A stretch of DNA of 64,000 nucleotides from Klebsormidium nitens. Lineage: Eukaryota; Plantae; Klebsormidiophyceae. Shown here in pieces: positions 35,448 to 47,976 of the stretch. A model generated the notes under the pieces. The model was given only the letters and a program-made list of their open reading frames with translations. It was not told the origin of the DNA and did not search any database. A program made the position numbers and the translations under genes. The stretch lies in contig DF236957.1 in the NCBI GenBank assembly GCA_000708835.1, positions 1 through 64,000 on the forward strand, written 5' to 3'. Positions within the stretch are counted from its first letter, which is position 1. Every line of letters starts with the position of its first letter.

Positions 35448-38400
35448 ATGGCGGGGGCGATCAACGAGCTCAGAGACCAGCTTGGGTTCTGCAGAAGCAA
35501 TGGGGACTGGGAAGAGGAGTCCAGGTGCTTGAATGCACTTGCCTCACGGTATAAAACAGCCGGGCATTACGTCAAGGCGATCCAGTTTCTAGAGGAAGAC
35601 TACCGAATGCTCAAGAAAAGAAAGCTGAGCGATAAAGAGAAGCTGGATCTTCTCTTGCCGTCTGTACAGAGCCTTGGGGAGCTGCACAACGGGCGGGGCA
35701 ACTTCGAACTTGGGCTCAAATTTCAAGTGAGTTTATGCCGCATTTCTAAGGCCTTGTTCTAAAAAATTTGCACATAGTGGTTGTCTTCAGCAATGACCAG
35801 CTGAAAGAGCAACGTGCTCCAACATGATCATTTCCGTCCCTCAAAATTTGGATGGCCTAATTGCCGTTGCAAAGGTTCTTACGGAACCCTTTCTTGCATT
35901 GACAACTTTTCTTGCAATCGGAAGGGTTTTCATGCTATGTACTCTGTCCTGGACCATTGAAGGTCAGTGTTTCAACGGCCGAAATTCATCCTAGCATGAA
36001 AACCCTTGGAAATGCTACGGCCGAGGGTTTCATGCTACAGGCTATTCCATGCAACCTCCTCGTACATATAAAATTTACTCAAGGCTAATGCATCTCGGCA
36101 ATAGACCGACCAGTTCAGATCAAACTTTCACAGAAACTAGAAGGTTCCCAGAAGAAATCCTTTCGCGAAATATCCTAACAATTGACCTTTTGTTGTACAG
36201 CATGAGCACCGCAACATGGCGCTCGCGTTGTCTCACCTCGACCCCTCCTGCCGCGAGCTGCAGCGTGCCGAGTGTCAGCTTGGGGTGGCATACATGGATA
36301 TGGCAGATCGAGAGAGGGAGGATCCTCAGAAGTCCGAGAGCCTGACAAAGCTCGCCAAGCAACACCTCACAGAGGCCCTGCAACTCGCTAGTGCAAACAA
36401 TCTGCAAAAGGCACTTGTTGATGCTCATAACAACATGGCCCTGCTAGCGATGCAAACAGACGACTTGACGCTGGCCATGAGTCACCTGAGCAAGGGGCTG
36501 AGGCTTTGCGACAATCTGTACCCTGACTCGGAAGCGCGTTTGCACCACGGCCTGGGGATGCTCTTCTCGAAGCAGGGCAACAAGCGCGAGGCTGCAAAAC
36601 ACATCAGAAAGGACATCGAGATCTGCCATCAGATTAAGCACCTGCAGGGCGAGGGCAAGGCTTTTTTGACGTTAGGAGACCTGCACTGCAAGTTTCACAG
36701 CTACGAGGATGCGATCGATGCGTACAGGAAGGCAGAGAGCATCTTCCGGTCCCTAGCCGATGAAGACGAGTCTGTCAAGGTGGCGCAGAATAACATCGAT
36801 GTGGCGATCGATCGCCGGGCGGCTAAGCAGGAGCTTGACGAGGCTCCCAAGGAACTAGGAAAGCTAGACCTCAGGCTAGCGGAGGTCAAGGGGACGGAAA
36901 AGGAGAGCGCCCTGCAGACTCGGAAAGCAAAGAGGCTCAAAGAGCTCGTCGAGGTTGCAAACAGGGTGGATGATTTTGAGAAGGTGCGCTCTTTGTTGTC
37001 TCATACCTCGCTCTACGTTGGACACCCAATTGCAGGGATGGTTGCATCTGCTCGGGTGTTATTTCGCTGGCGGTTCTTGAGGAGTGTCCGGTTGGGATCT
37101 GACCAGCAGAGTTAAAGTAGGATGACTACCTTTTGTTGACCTACTCTCTGTCTTGAAGTGCGAGCTTTATAAGAATGCCTCCAGTGCTTCGTATTTTGGG
37201 GCCCAACTGCAGCAGTCACAAACCAATCCTGATTAGTCCTTACAACCTGGTCATTGGTTGTCAACTGTTCTGGACGGAGCAAGAGTTGCTGATTGCTGTT
37301 CCTCCGCTTTTGTTGCAGGCAAGGGCCTACGCTGAGCAGCTAGCGGATCTTGCTTCCTGGCTGGGGGACCTGGGGCTGCAGGCAGACGCGTCAACCGCTG
37401 TCGGAGAGGCGTACTACAATCTGCAGAAGTATAGCGAGGCAGAGAAGTGGCACCGCAAGAGCTTCAACTACTCGCAGGCAATCAATTCTGCTGAGGTAAG
37501 CAGTGCAGAGAACACCAAATGATTGGTGCAGGTGCACAGAGGTACTGCTTGTCTGGCCAGAGTGCCAATACTTGATGCCTGAAGCGACAAGGGTCTCGTA
37601 AGCAAGTCTGTCCTCATCACGGATCAGAGGCAAGAATAGACTAACAAGAAGTGCCAGAGATGCGTTCCACTGTCATACCCATTCATATCGACCAGAAGGA
37701 CCACTTGTCTTCACTAGCTTGAATGGCAAGTCGATCATAACTTTGTATCTCCATGATCTTCCCAATCCTCTGTCTGCTGTCCTCGTGACTTGTCCCATAC
37801 GTCAGCCACCCCACCTCTTCTGGCAGGGCATGGCTGTGGCGATGACGAACATCGGAAACTGCTTAGACTGGCTTTCCCAACCGGAGGCGGCCGTGCGTGC
37901 CTATCACGAGGGCTACAAGTAAGCGATCGTCTGAAATGAACCCCTTCGTGGCCTCATGCATGCAGATTTGCCCTTGTTTGTTCATTGAAAGCTCGTCCTG
38001 CAACAAGATTTGAACACTCTGCTTTTTCGAAGGAGATGGTTGAATCTATTCTACTCTGGTGGCATGACCGTCCGTAATTTACAGTGATAGTGGAGCTGGC
38101 TGCGAAACATATTGTAGCAAACGTCCTATGCTGACGAGCATTGAGGACAGCTTCTGTCCTGCAGACCTCGCATATCACGCAATAGCGCACTTCCGTCAGC
38201 AGAGTGTGACTGTGCCTTCGCTCTGTTGTCCAGGAAAGCGAAGGAAGGCAACTTGCTGGATCAGCAGATTACGGCAGCGGGAAACATGCTCTGCGTCCTT
38301 GAGAGGACGAAGGACAGCGGGGAAATCAAGTGAGCAGGCTCATCCCTATGTAACAGAAGATCCTCGCTGCAAACTCGAATCTTTCTGCGTAAACAACCAG

Positions 38401-41400
38401 AATCTGCTGTGCGTTTCAATCCTTCCGGTAATATTGCACAGGATATTAAGCATTCCTTGCTGCCACGAAGAGAAGGGGTTAATCCGCCCTTGGCTGGCTT
38501 GACTTTTAAGGGGTGCTTACGATGCTCTTAATATCGAAACGTGAAACCATCGCCGACCCGTGAAAGTAGCATAAAGGGTCGTCAAAGATCAGGCTCCGTT
38601 GTAGATCACTTCGGGTCCTTTCAAAAGTGCCCAATCTCAATGATTCCACTACCGATCTGGCGAATTCCGCCTCATAAAAGATGGAAAGGAACGGCAGCTC
38701 TTAGGAAGAGCACGTTGCAAAATTTGGAAACTGATCCAACGAATGCAAATTGGGAAGTATCCACTTTAAAAGCAGATCTGCGAACAATTGTGCGCAGGAA
38801 GATTTGGACGACATGCGTGGCGGAGCCCTTTCTGCATCAAACAAGGAAGAATCAAAGGTGCCGCTGGAAATCAAAGCGACACGCATTTTCACTTGACTCT
38901 CTTTCTCCTCAACAGGAAATGGACCAAGGAGCTCCAGCGACTCGAGAAGCTCCAGAAGGATCAGCGGAGGGCAGGGGCAGTCCAGAAGAAACGCGCGGAG
39001 CAACCTGACGAGGCGCCCGTTCAAAAGAGGGCTCCAGCTACGGGCGCGGTCTACAAGAGCGCTCCAGCTACTGGTGGCGTCAAACCAGGGCCCCTTCTGT
39101 TTGGTTGTTCAAGCCGGGGGTCTCAACAGGCGGTAGCGAATCCAGTCAGGAAAGCCGCCCCTGCTGATTCGGTGAAAGCTCCTCCCAGGGAGCCCTACAA
39201 GGCGGAACGCAGTGAGATGGAAGCATACGGGATGAAACCAAAGGACAGGATTCGGCAGAGGTCGCCTCCCCGAAGACCGAAAGAGGTCGCGGCGGCTGGA
39301 GCTAAAGTGGGCGACAAGAAGACAGAAACGAGGGAAAACGGGGGCGTGGAGCGAGGCGCGGGAACTTCCGGCGGCAGAGGTGGTCCTGATAGGAAGGACA
39401 GTACGAGGAATTCAGGGGGGGGTGACGTGGCAGCGGGCAAGACCGCCACGGGTGCGAAGGTAAAGAAAGAGAGCGTGGGGCAAAGCCCAAGCGGGATGCT
39501 GGATCGGTGGCTAGGAAAAGGCGCCGAAGGCCAGCCGCACAAGAAGCAGCGGCGAGAGCAGGCCTCGTCAGCGGGCGGAGGCAATCCGGGAAGGAAGGCA
39601 GTGGGGGGCGTTTCGGGAGCAGGAACAGGAAACGAGGCCCCGTCACAGAACGAGAGCGGTGCGGCCGCGAAAGACGGGGCGGCGGTGAAGGAGCTGCTGA
39701 CGAAGCAGCGGCGGCGGGTGATTGAAGAGGATGACGAGAGCGAGGACGAAGATTCGCCGATGGTGGTCAAGAGGAGGCGGGTGGACACGGGGGCTGAAAG
39801 CGCAGAAAAGAACGATTTTGGGAGGGGCTTGAGGGAGGGTGAGCGGAATGCGGGTGAAGTGAGTGGGAGGACTGGAGACCGGAATGGCAGCGGAACGACG
39901 GCCGCAACGGAGCGGAAGAAAGGGACAATAGAAGCGGACGCACTGAAAGCTGTCACTAGAGAGTGGCAGAGTGACGTCAGTGATGCGCAGGGAGCTCCGG
40001 GAGTGGCTGTCTCTGAAGGACGGGACCGACAGACGGACCGCCCGAAGAAGACGGCCCTTACGGAAATCACAAACCGGGGGCCGCAAGCGGAGCCAGCCTC
40101 CAAGCCCGCAGCGAATAAGGGAGTGCCATGTGGCACGAGCAGCGGGGCCGTGCCGGAGGATCTGCTGGAGACGCAGCGGGTGGATCCCCTGACTCAGATG
40201 GGAGACAGCGAGGTCCCCCTGGAAGAGGAGGATCTCCCGGACGCCCTCCCGGAAAACCCGGTTAGGTTTTCTCACGCTGTCGAGGAAGCCTGCGGCCCTT
40301 CTAAAGGGTCACAGGGGGAAAGTAAGCGGACACCGGGAGGCCTTGCTGGGTCCGGACTGGGCGAGAAACGGTTGGAAGAAACGGCCGGGCCGTCGGGGAC
40401 GAGGCCTTTCGACTTGAACGAGCACAGCAGCGCGGGGCCAGAGACCGGGCGGAAGAGCATAGCGTCCGGAAAGGAGGCGACGTCTGGAAATACGGGGAGC
40501 TTCCGGGGGAGTCAGGTGAGGAAGTCTGGCGGCGTCATTTATAAAAGCTTGCCTATGAGGATGCTTTTCTAGAGATTGTCTCCAGTGCAGCAGGAGTCAG
40601 CATGATCCTCGTGGTGCCATGATGCAGGACCTAAAAGTTCAACGGTTCAACAGTTGACAATAAAGAAACAAAGTGGGTTCAGGGATTGATGGTTAGAAAC
40701 TGAAAAAGCCGCTTCAAAAAGACCCTTCGTTATGGTTTCTAAGAGAAGCAACTCAGAACTGATGCTTGCTTGGAGCCGTTAGGACATACAAAACATCCAG
40801 CCATGCGTTATCACATGCGACCGAACGTATTCTTTGTACCTCTCGTTGGGGCAAAGAGCCCGTACCTCGTGAACTCTCCTCTCAACCGTTCTCGCCTCCG
40901 CAGGCCAAGTCGATCCTGGCTAGGATCCACGGCCAGACGCTGAAGGTGATCATTCGGACACAAGGCGACGAGTCGCCGCCCAAAACTGTCGCTTGGCTTA
41001 TTGAGGAGATCGTGCGGCTTTACTCGTGCGACAGCGTCACAGGTAAGCAAGTCTCATGCTCTTCTGGGGAAGACGAACCTGGTTGTACGTGCCCTTCTGT
41101 GAAATGGGTCTGGTCCTTGTCTCATGTTCGCTGGATTCGACTTAACGGGCTGGAGATGCAAGGTAGCAGAGATACGTGTTCAGCAGTAACAACGCGACAC
41201 TTCAGTAGGGTGCACCGAACGGATTCTAGATTAAACAGGGTCAGAGCTAGCCCGGCTCCTTACGGGAATACGCGGCGGTTCTCGCTCTCGTCCGAGTCTG
41301 GGTTCGCTGTGGGCTTCAGCACGACACGTGACCGACTGATTTGGCTTAGGTCACCCTCAGCGACTTCTTCAAGGTTCGAACGTAGCTTCATCCGCCAGCC

Positions 41401-44400
41401 TCAATCTCGCTAGCTTCTGGGAAAGTCTTGCTTCATAGGTAGCCACAGTAACCCGTCGGAGGAAAGTTCCGGGACAGAACCCTCGCAAAGAAACTCAGCA
41501 ATGCCCTCGTCCGATGAAATTCCAGCCCGTCAAGGCAACCGTTAGCCGGTGTAATAACACCCCGTACTCGATGTTAAATACCCCTTTTAGCGGGTGTTCA
41601 TCCCTCTCACTAATCCATTCAAAACGTGCCCTGATTCCTGCAGGTGGGAGTCATCGTTCGGCGTCGCCTGAAAGCTTAACCATTTGGGCTCAACGTCTTG
41701 AGTTTCACGGCATCCTCAGATACAGCATTATAGATGCCGTTATGAATGCTGTGGAGATCTGTCAGAGTAAATGCGTCCTGATTCTTGCAGGCGGGAGCCC
41801 CATCGTGCGGCGACTTACACATAACGGCGTCTCGTTGAAGCCCATCCAAATCGCGGAAGACGTGCTCGGGGATCTTGCTCCGGACGAAGCCCTCGAAGCG
41901 CACGTCGATGGTAAGCAGTGTGACGCAAGCTTACGTCTTCTTGCTTGCGAAGGTCGACGAAAGCATCGGCCCAGGTTGGCACGAGGACCCCGTTGACGTT
42001 CACACGAACCCGTTTTTGTCTCCAATCGCGTTTACAACCTTATTCCAGTCACATGCTGTCGTTTCCGTCCATCTGCACAGATAGAACACCTTTCTATTCC
42101 AATAATATTCCAGTTGGACGCGCAGGCCTCCCTTCATAAGGGATCAAGTGACTGAGCAGAGCTCGCTGGAAATCCAAATGCGAATCTTCAGGGCAGTTCA
42201 AAATCGATATCAATACGATTGTTTCTCTTTGCTCTCCTTCGCTTTTTCTTCCTTCGTGGTTCTCTTGCCTCGTTCTCATTACATCGCCCATCTCCGAAAC
42301 CTGCAGGTATCATTAGGAAGCCCCTCTTGGCCCGCTACCAAGCGCACTGTGCCGCGCTCGGTCTAACTTGTAAACGGATTCCCAGAGCAATCTGTCGACT
42401 TAAGCCTCCCGACCGTATTCCTGCTCTTCTTCTTGCGAGAATATGCTTTTTCAGCAATTCCATCCCCTTTAGGTTGGACGAGAAAGCCCCTCTTGGCTCG
42501 CTACCAGGCGCACTGCACGGCGCTCGGTCAGACGCCCATTGCCGCAGTCGTTACGCGACTCGCGTCAAAGCACGAGGCCGAAGAAGAGGTGGAGCTACCG
42601 AGTTGTGGTCTTACGGACGACTCCGCGGGTCCCGTCTTGGCGGCGCTGGACGAGTGCGAAAGCTTGACGTTATTGAACCTTTCCCAGAACGCTTTAGGTG
42701 AGGTCATCAGCAAAGCCACGTGCGGTAGATTGTACTCTGTCGGCTTCTTTGAGGGTGAGCCGGCAAGCCCCTCCGTCCCCGGTTGAAGAGCGTTCGGTGA
42801 GCTTGCAAGCTACTGCTCAAAACCGCAGAGTGACGTTTGGCGCAGGAACCCTAACCACTTTCCTTGCTTTTCCTTTACAAGGATCGCAAAATCATAGAGC
42901 TACTTTTGTCGGACCATAAGACGTAATAAGTAGAAGGGAGAACATAACCTGCCCCTTCTCCGCTCCTTTCTGCCAGGCAATAGTACGGTGCACCGGATAC
43001 AGGAGCTGCTGGCGTCGCAACCGGACCTGGGCTTCTCGCTGGACCTGCATGCGAACCAATTGGGACCTGGCGCCCTCACGCAGGTGACTCACGCGCTTCT
43101 CGTTCCTGGTTTCTGCACCACACAACTTTCGTTCAAGAACTCCGCGGGCTGCAGCGCTATCCAGGAAGCCTTTGCGGCTTGCTTCTCTTGCTGTATTTTG
43201 GTCGTAACAAACCCGCGCGAGCCTGAAAGATTGCCCATGTTGAGCAACTTAAAACTGCGAAAGTGGGGTGGTAACCGTCCGCTCATATATGCTTTATGTC
43301 TGCCGTTGATTGCCTGACTTCGTGACGCTTTGCTCGCGATTCCTGCGGACGTCTTGGCTGAAGTTCTGCTGACGACTTCTGCTGACCACTTCTGCTGACG
43401 TGTCTGCAGCTTTCGCGGTGCCCCATCGTCCTCTCCCGCCTTGAGGTGCTGGACCTGTCCGGGAACCGGCTGACGGACGCCGCCGGACGGCACCTGGCGA
43501 CGCTTCTAGAGAAAGGATCGGGTAAGGGCTTACTACATCAATTATGCGCAAGTCGACCTCTTCACCCAATCATTACACCCATCGCCTTGTAGACATCTTT
43601 CTCAATCGGTGCCGTTCTGATCCGGACAAGCGTTATCACGTGCTTGCCTTTCGTTCCCGGATTCGGAATAGCGTCAGGAGGATAAGAAATGTATGGCCTC
43701 GTTCTCTCTCAATGCTTTGAACCCTTGGTGCAACGACTCGTCTCCCGCGAAAGCAGAGCCGTTGGGCTACCTCGTTGTGTAAGCTAATGTGAAGGACCTC
43801 TGCTTTTTCCAGCGCCCATGTCCCTTTGCGTCGACAATTGCAGCGAAAGAACTGTTTGTTAAGATCTCCATGCAACAAAGGTCACCTCCAGTGCTTCTTG
43901 TAACGTTTGTTCTCTTGTGCCATGAATTTTGCTTTCTGCAGCGCTTCGATCCTTCAGCCTCGACAACTGTGGGAAAGCACTACTACACCACTTCTTCGCC
44001 CATTGAAGATTACTCTTCTACTTACCTTCCATCACGTTCCGTTTCCTAGTCTGAGAAAGAGCTCTGCTTCTTGCAGCGCTCATGTCCCTCAGCCTCGACA
44101 ACTGCGGCCTCGCCACGCGCACCTTCACCGCCTTCGCAAACGCCCTGCGGCCGAACATCCCCTTGACTACGCTCCGCATTGGTGAGCTGGCCACGTGGCA
44201 AACTTCTGTACGCACAGAACGAGAAGCTCCCTACAAAAGGCTCCCAAAAGCATATAAAAGACCAGTCGCATAATTGGACACGCAAAGGCAGCCAGGCGAC
44301 TAAATGGTAAGCATTTGTCTTGTCTGGGTTACCGTGCTACAAAGGATCTGAATCTCTTGCTCTCTTTTTTTATGACCTCGCAGGGCACAACAATCCAGTC

Positions 44401-46933
44401 GCCGGCTCCGCGCTCACGGTTCTCGTCGAGAAGCTCGCGTCTTTGGGCAGGTAATCCGTTCTTGGACGCTCCTTCTGTTCAGCACAGCTCTAGCCTTGTC
44501 TGAATCAAATACAAGGATGCAATGTTCCTTGTAGGTAACCTGTCCCGTGTACCGCAACTCCACAGCTGAACTAAAGTATCGACCTTTGCTGGACAGTGCC
44601 GGGTTCAAGTACTTTTCGCAAAGTATCTGCATACACATCTTTTCTCATGGGATACCAGACTCTAGTCATTTGGGTCAAGCTCCTGCGTGTTTGTCAAAAG
44701 CTCACTCGATTCCGGTTTCTTGAGCACGTCTTCAATCTTCCGAGCCCGTCTTGAGGACCTTATCCCGGAACCCCATTATTTTCAGTTGGGATCTTGTACA
44801 GCAGCGCAGCTAGGAAGCCCCAAACCAGCGTTACGTTATGCTGACAAGCGTTCGCATAGCATGCTTAGCGCGGCTTTGTTTCTTTTGCAGTTTCTCCGAA
44901 CTGGACATTGCCGGAGTGTCCGCTGACCCGTCCGCAGCAGCCGCAATCGGACGCTTCCTGTGCCGGTCGCAAACCCTCCAAACGCTGAATCTGGCCGACA
45001 CAACTTTACGCGACGTGAGTGAACGGGTGTCAATTCTCGGTCCGCCTGACACAATCGTTCTCGACTCAAGGAACATGTTCGCTTTTGTTGGGAGACCGAC
45101 GAGCTTGCGTTCCTTCTACCAGTCAGCCTCACGAGCCCTCACGATTTGAGAAAGCTGGAATTGTTTTAGCGGTTTGCAACCGAGCGTCGCAAACCGAATA
45201 CGTGGAAGACAGGACTCGCCTTTCGACATCCGGTGTCCTTCTTGGCGACCTATCTGTAGACTTGCCACGACGGATGTCCGTCAACGGAAGTCCTTCTGAG
45301 ATATTTTAGAGCGCTTCAGAACGGATCAATGTCGCGTTCAAAGAGCCGCCAACAAATGAGCACTTGAAACCTCAAGTGACGTCAAATGTTCTTGAATCAG
45401 GCGGGTGCGGCGGCCCTTGCGAACGCCCTCGCAGCAGGAGATGGCGCCACATGTTCCTCCATCGACCTATCTGGCTGTCACTTCACCCCGCTCCAGGCCG
45501 CTCCTTTGTGCGTTCAGCTGACGCGCAACGCCTCGCTGACGTCACTCTCGCTGCGCGGGAACAAGCTGGGGGAACAGGTGATGATATCAACCAGCCGGAA
45601 TGTCTCCTCTGCTGACCAGAGCAAGTACTGCCACTCTTCAAAACTTCTGGTGACGTCAGCAGGTTCCTCGTCTCTAGCGCTTCGGCTGGCAGTTTCCAGC
45701 ATGCGAGAGTCCGTCAGAAACGACAGTCCGTTCGAGAGTCGCTGCAGAATCATCATACGTTTGTATATTCGAACCAACGGACTTTACAGAATCGAATGTT
45801 TCGAATAACCACGACCTCGGTTTTGGGCAGCTGAGGAATCCGGCTTGAAGAGATTACGTTTCACATCCAGTCCTGTTTCGCCCATCCTCTGTTTTTGACA
45901 TTTTTGAGAGTTCCTCTGCCAGGCCGCGAGCACGCTGAGGAGGAGCATCAGCGAGCCGACGAGCTGCTTACGGCAGCTTGACGTCAGCAGCTGCGGGCTG
46001 GCGGCTGGGACGCTCGTGGAGCTGGTCGGTGCCTCGGCGGGTGAGCGGTCCTGTGGCGAGACAGAGGGTTTTGTTGCCACGCGTTCACCGTTCTCTCCCT
46101 GATGTATCCGTTAGCGGTGGCTTCTTACTGATCTCCTTTAACGAGTCGGACTATGCGGTTGCATAAGCCTGACAGGATCTGCGAGTGGAGAAAAGATGTG
46201 TCGAAGAACACACGCCAAGAGCGATGCCCTTTAGAATTGCACCCACTACCCCACTTCAACCTGCAGCAGGGAAGGGGTTTGTGCACGACAACGGTAGATG
46301 TTCTGCCGCCTTACTGTTATGCATGACCTCACTATTTCGGCAATGAACGCTTTGATGCTCCCTAAAAGGGAGGGCAGGAAGTTTTGGGTGCTCCGGAAGG
46401 CACAGTCACTTTAGATACGGAGTCTACAACCATGCAGTGATTGTATTTTGCCTCGCTTCGCTACAGCTGCGGGTAGTCTCGAGGAGCTTCGTCTCGCCGC
46501 CAACTGCGACTTCTCGACGAACTCGGACGTTACAAAGCCGTCCGGCAGCGGGGGCCATCGTCCAGCGAACGACCAGGAGATTGTGCCTGAGAGCGAGGAG
46601 GAGGACGAGTGCGAATGGAGGCATCAGCCACGTGGAAGCCAACGAAGTAACGAATCTTCGAAAAAATCAGATTTGGGCACTGGGGAAACCGGTCCTTCGG
46701 GCCAGCCAGCTTCTGCGGATCGGAACCGGAAAGCTGGGGCAAGATCGAGGGCAACAGGGCAAGGTTTCCATGCGCTCTTGATAGCTGTGCGCTCTGCTGA
46801 GTCGTTGAAAGTTTTGGATCTGTCCGAAAATGGTCTCGTGAATGAAGAGTACAAGAAGTTGAAGGAGGTCTTCGAAACAAACGCCCAACAGTTGGAAGAT
46901 TGCTGGACACGCGGGCTTTTGAGGAAGCTATAA
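35448..46933 (+). CDS. TSK: TONSOKU/BRUSHY1/MGOUN3-like DNA replication-repair protein (TPR - low-complexity linker - ubiquitin-like - LRR), ~17 exons
   Basis: N-terminal TPRs (LLPSVQSLGELH, ELQRAECQLGVAYMD, LVDAHNNMALL, EGKAFLTLGDLH); a large charged low-complexity exon 38916-40515; a UBL-like segment (TVAWLIEEIVRLY...EALEAHVDG|WTRKPLLARYQAHCTALGQ); RI-type LRRs (LNLSQNALG, LDLHANQLG, LDLSGNRL, LSLDNCGL, LSLRGNKLG, LDVSSCGL, LDLSENGL). Exons approx. 35448-35726, 36201-36983, 37319-37495, 37827-37918, 38234-38329, 38916-40515, 40904-41042, 41791-41910, 42473-42697, 42977-43083, 43410-43521, 44077-44181, 44384-44450, 44891-45014, 45401-45577, 45923-46040, 46467-46933. Confidence 0.88.
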
Positions 46934-47976
46934 GCAGATGTCGAAATGCCAAGCTTCAAGTACTCAAAATATACGCTCTTAGCCCACGGCCGTGCAGCCA
47001 ACTAGCATCGTCCCCAACAGATTGCTTGGGAATCTGATTTTTTGCATAGATTGGTTCGTTGAAAGAGTTGCTGCTTTAGAGTTCTGGACCGCCAGCCAGC
47101 CAATCACCAGTCACGTACATCATGCATAAAGGACTAAGGGAGCTGACATTACAATGCCGTCACTATACTGACCATATGTCCATATGCCTATCGAGCAAAT
47201 ATGTCTGTGGCGCAAATCCCTGCTACAATCTGCATCAAAAAGTGTCAACACGCAGATCCATGATTTCTCAGCAGATTAACCCATGCATATGGAAAGCATG
47301 CGCTCAATCTATCCATGGCATTTTAAGGACCATCTGCAAGTTTCAAATTTCCCATGTGCATGTGCTTAAATGCAGAGGTCACAGCTTGTGCATATATTCG
47401 AATGCAAGTCGTCGGCTGTGCACATTCTGCGCAACTCGACATGACCAGTGCCGGTTAATTGCATGACCAGTGACATGCACTCGCGATAACGGTTAAGTGA
47501 TATGTGTCGCGACATGCACATGCGGTTGTCCGGGCAAACAGATCATGGCATCTGGTTAATATATATGAAGGACCAGATGCACAACTATAGCTCTTTTGGG
47601 TTTGCAATGACCAGTCATGCAGTTATTATGGCATGCAATCTCAAGAACCTTTCACATATGCATGTTCATATGAGAACAGAGCAGATAACACACTTGAATG
47701 TTTCCCCATCGAAGGTCCATCATGTCGGTTAAGGTCCTTATATTCTCTAACGTTAATGAATGCTACTGTCACCTTTTATGCACAGATTGCTTATTGTCCG
47801 CCCCTCTTCCGACCCGCCACTGCACATCCCGCGGCGCCAATAGCACCCGGACCGCTTCCCCTAACCACTCCCCACCTTGCTGAAACCCCACAATGTTTTC
47901 GAGTTTCCCGTCCCAAGTGCGACGGGCCCGCATCACAACTACATGCGGGCAGCAAGGGCCCGCCTCCCTTGGCCAC

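Noticed and set aside
39195-40275. 313-aa and 210-aa minus-strand ORFs
   Set aside because: Antisense shadows of the GC-rich TSK exon 38916-40515; no motifs.
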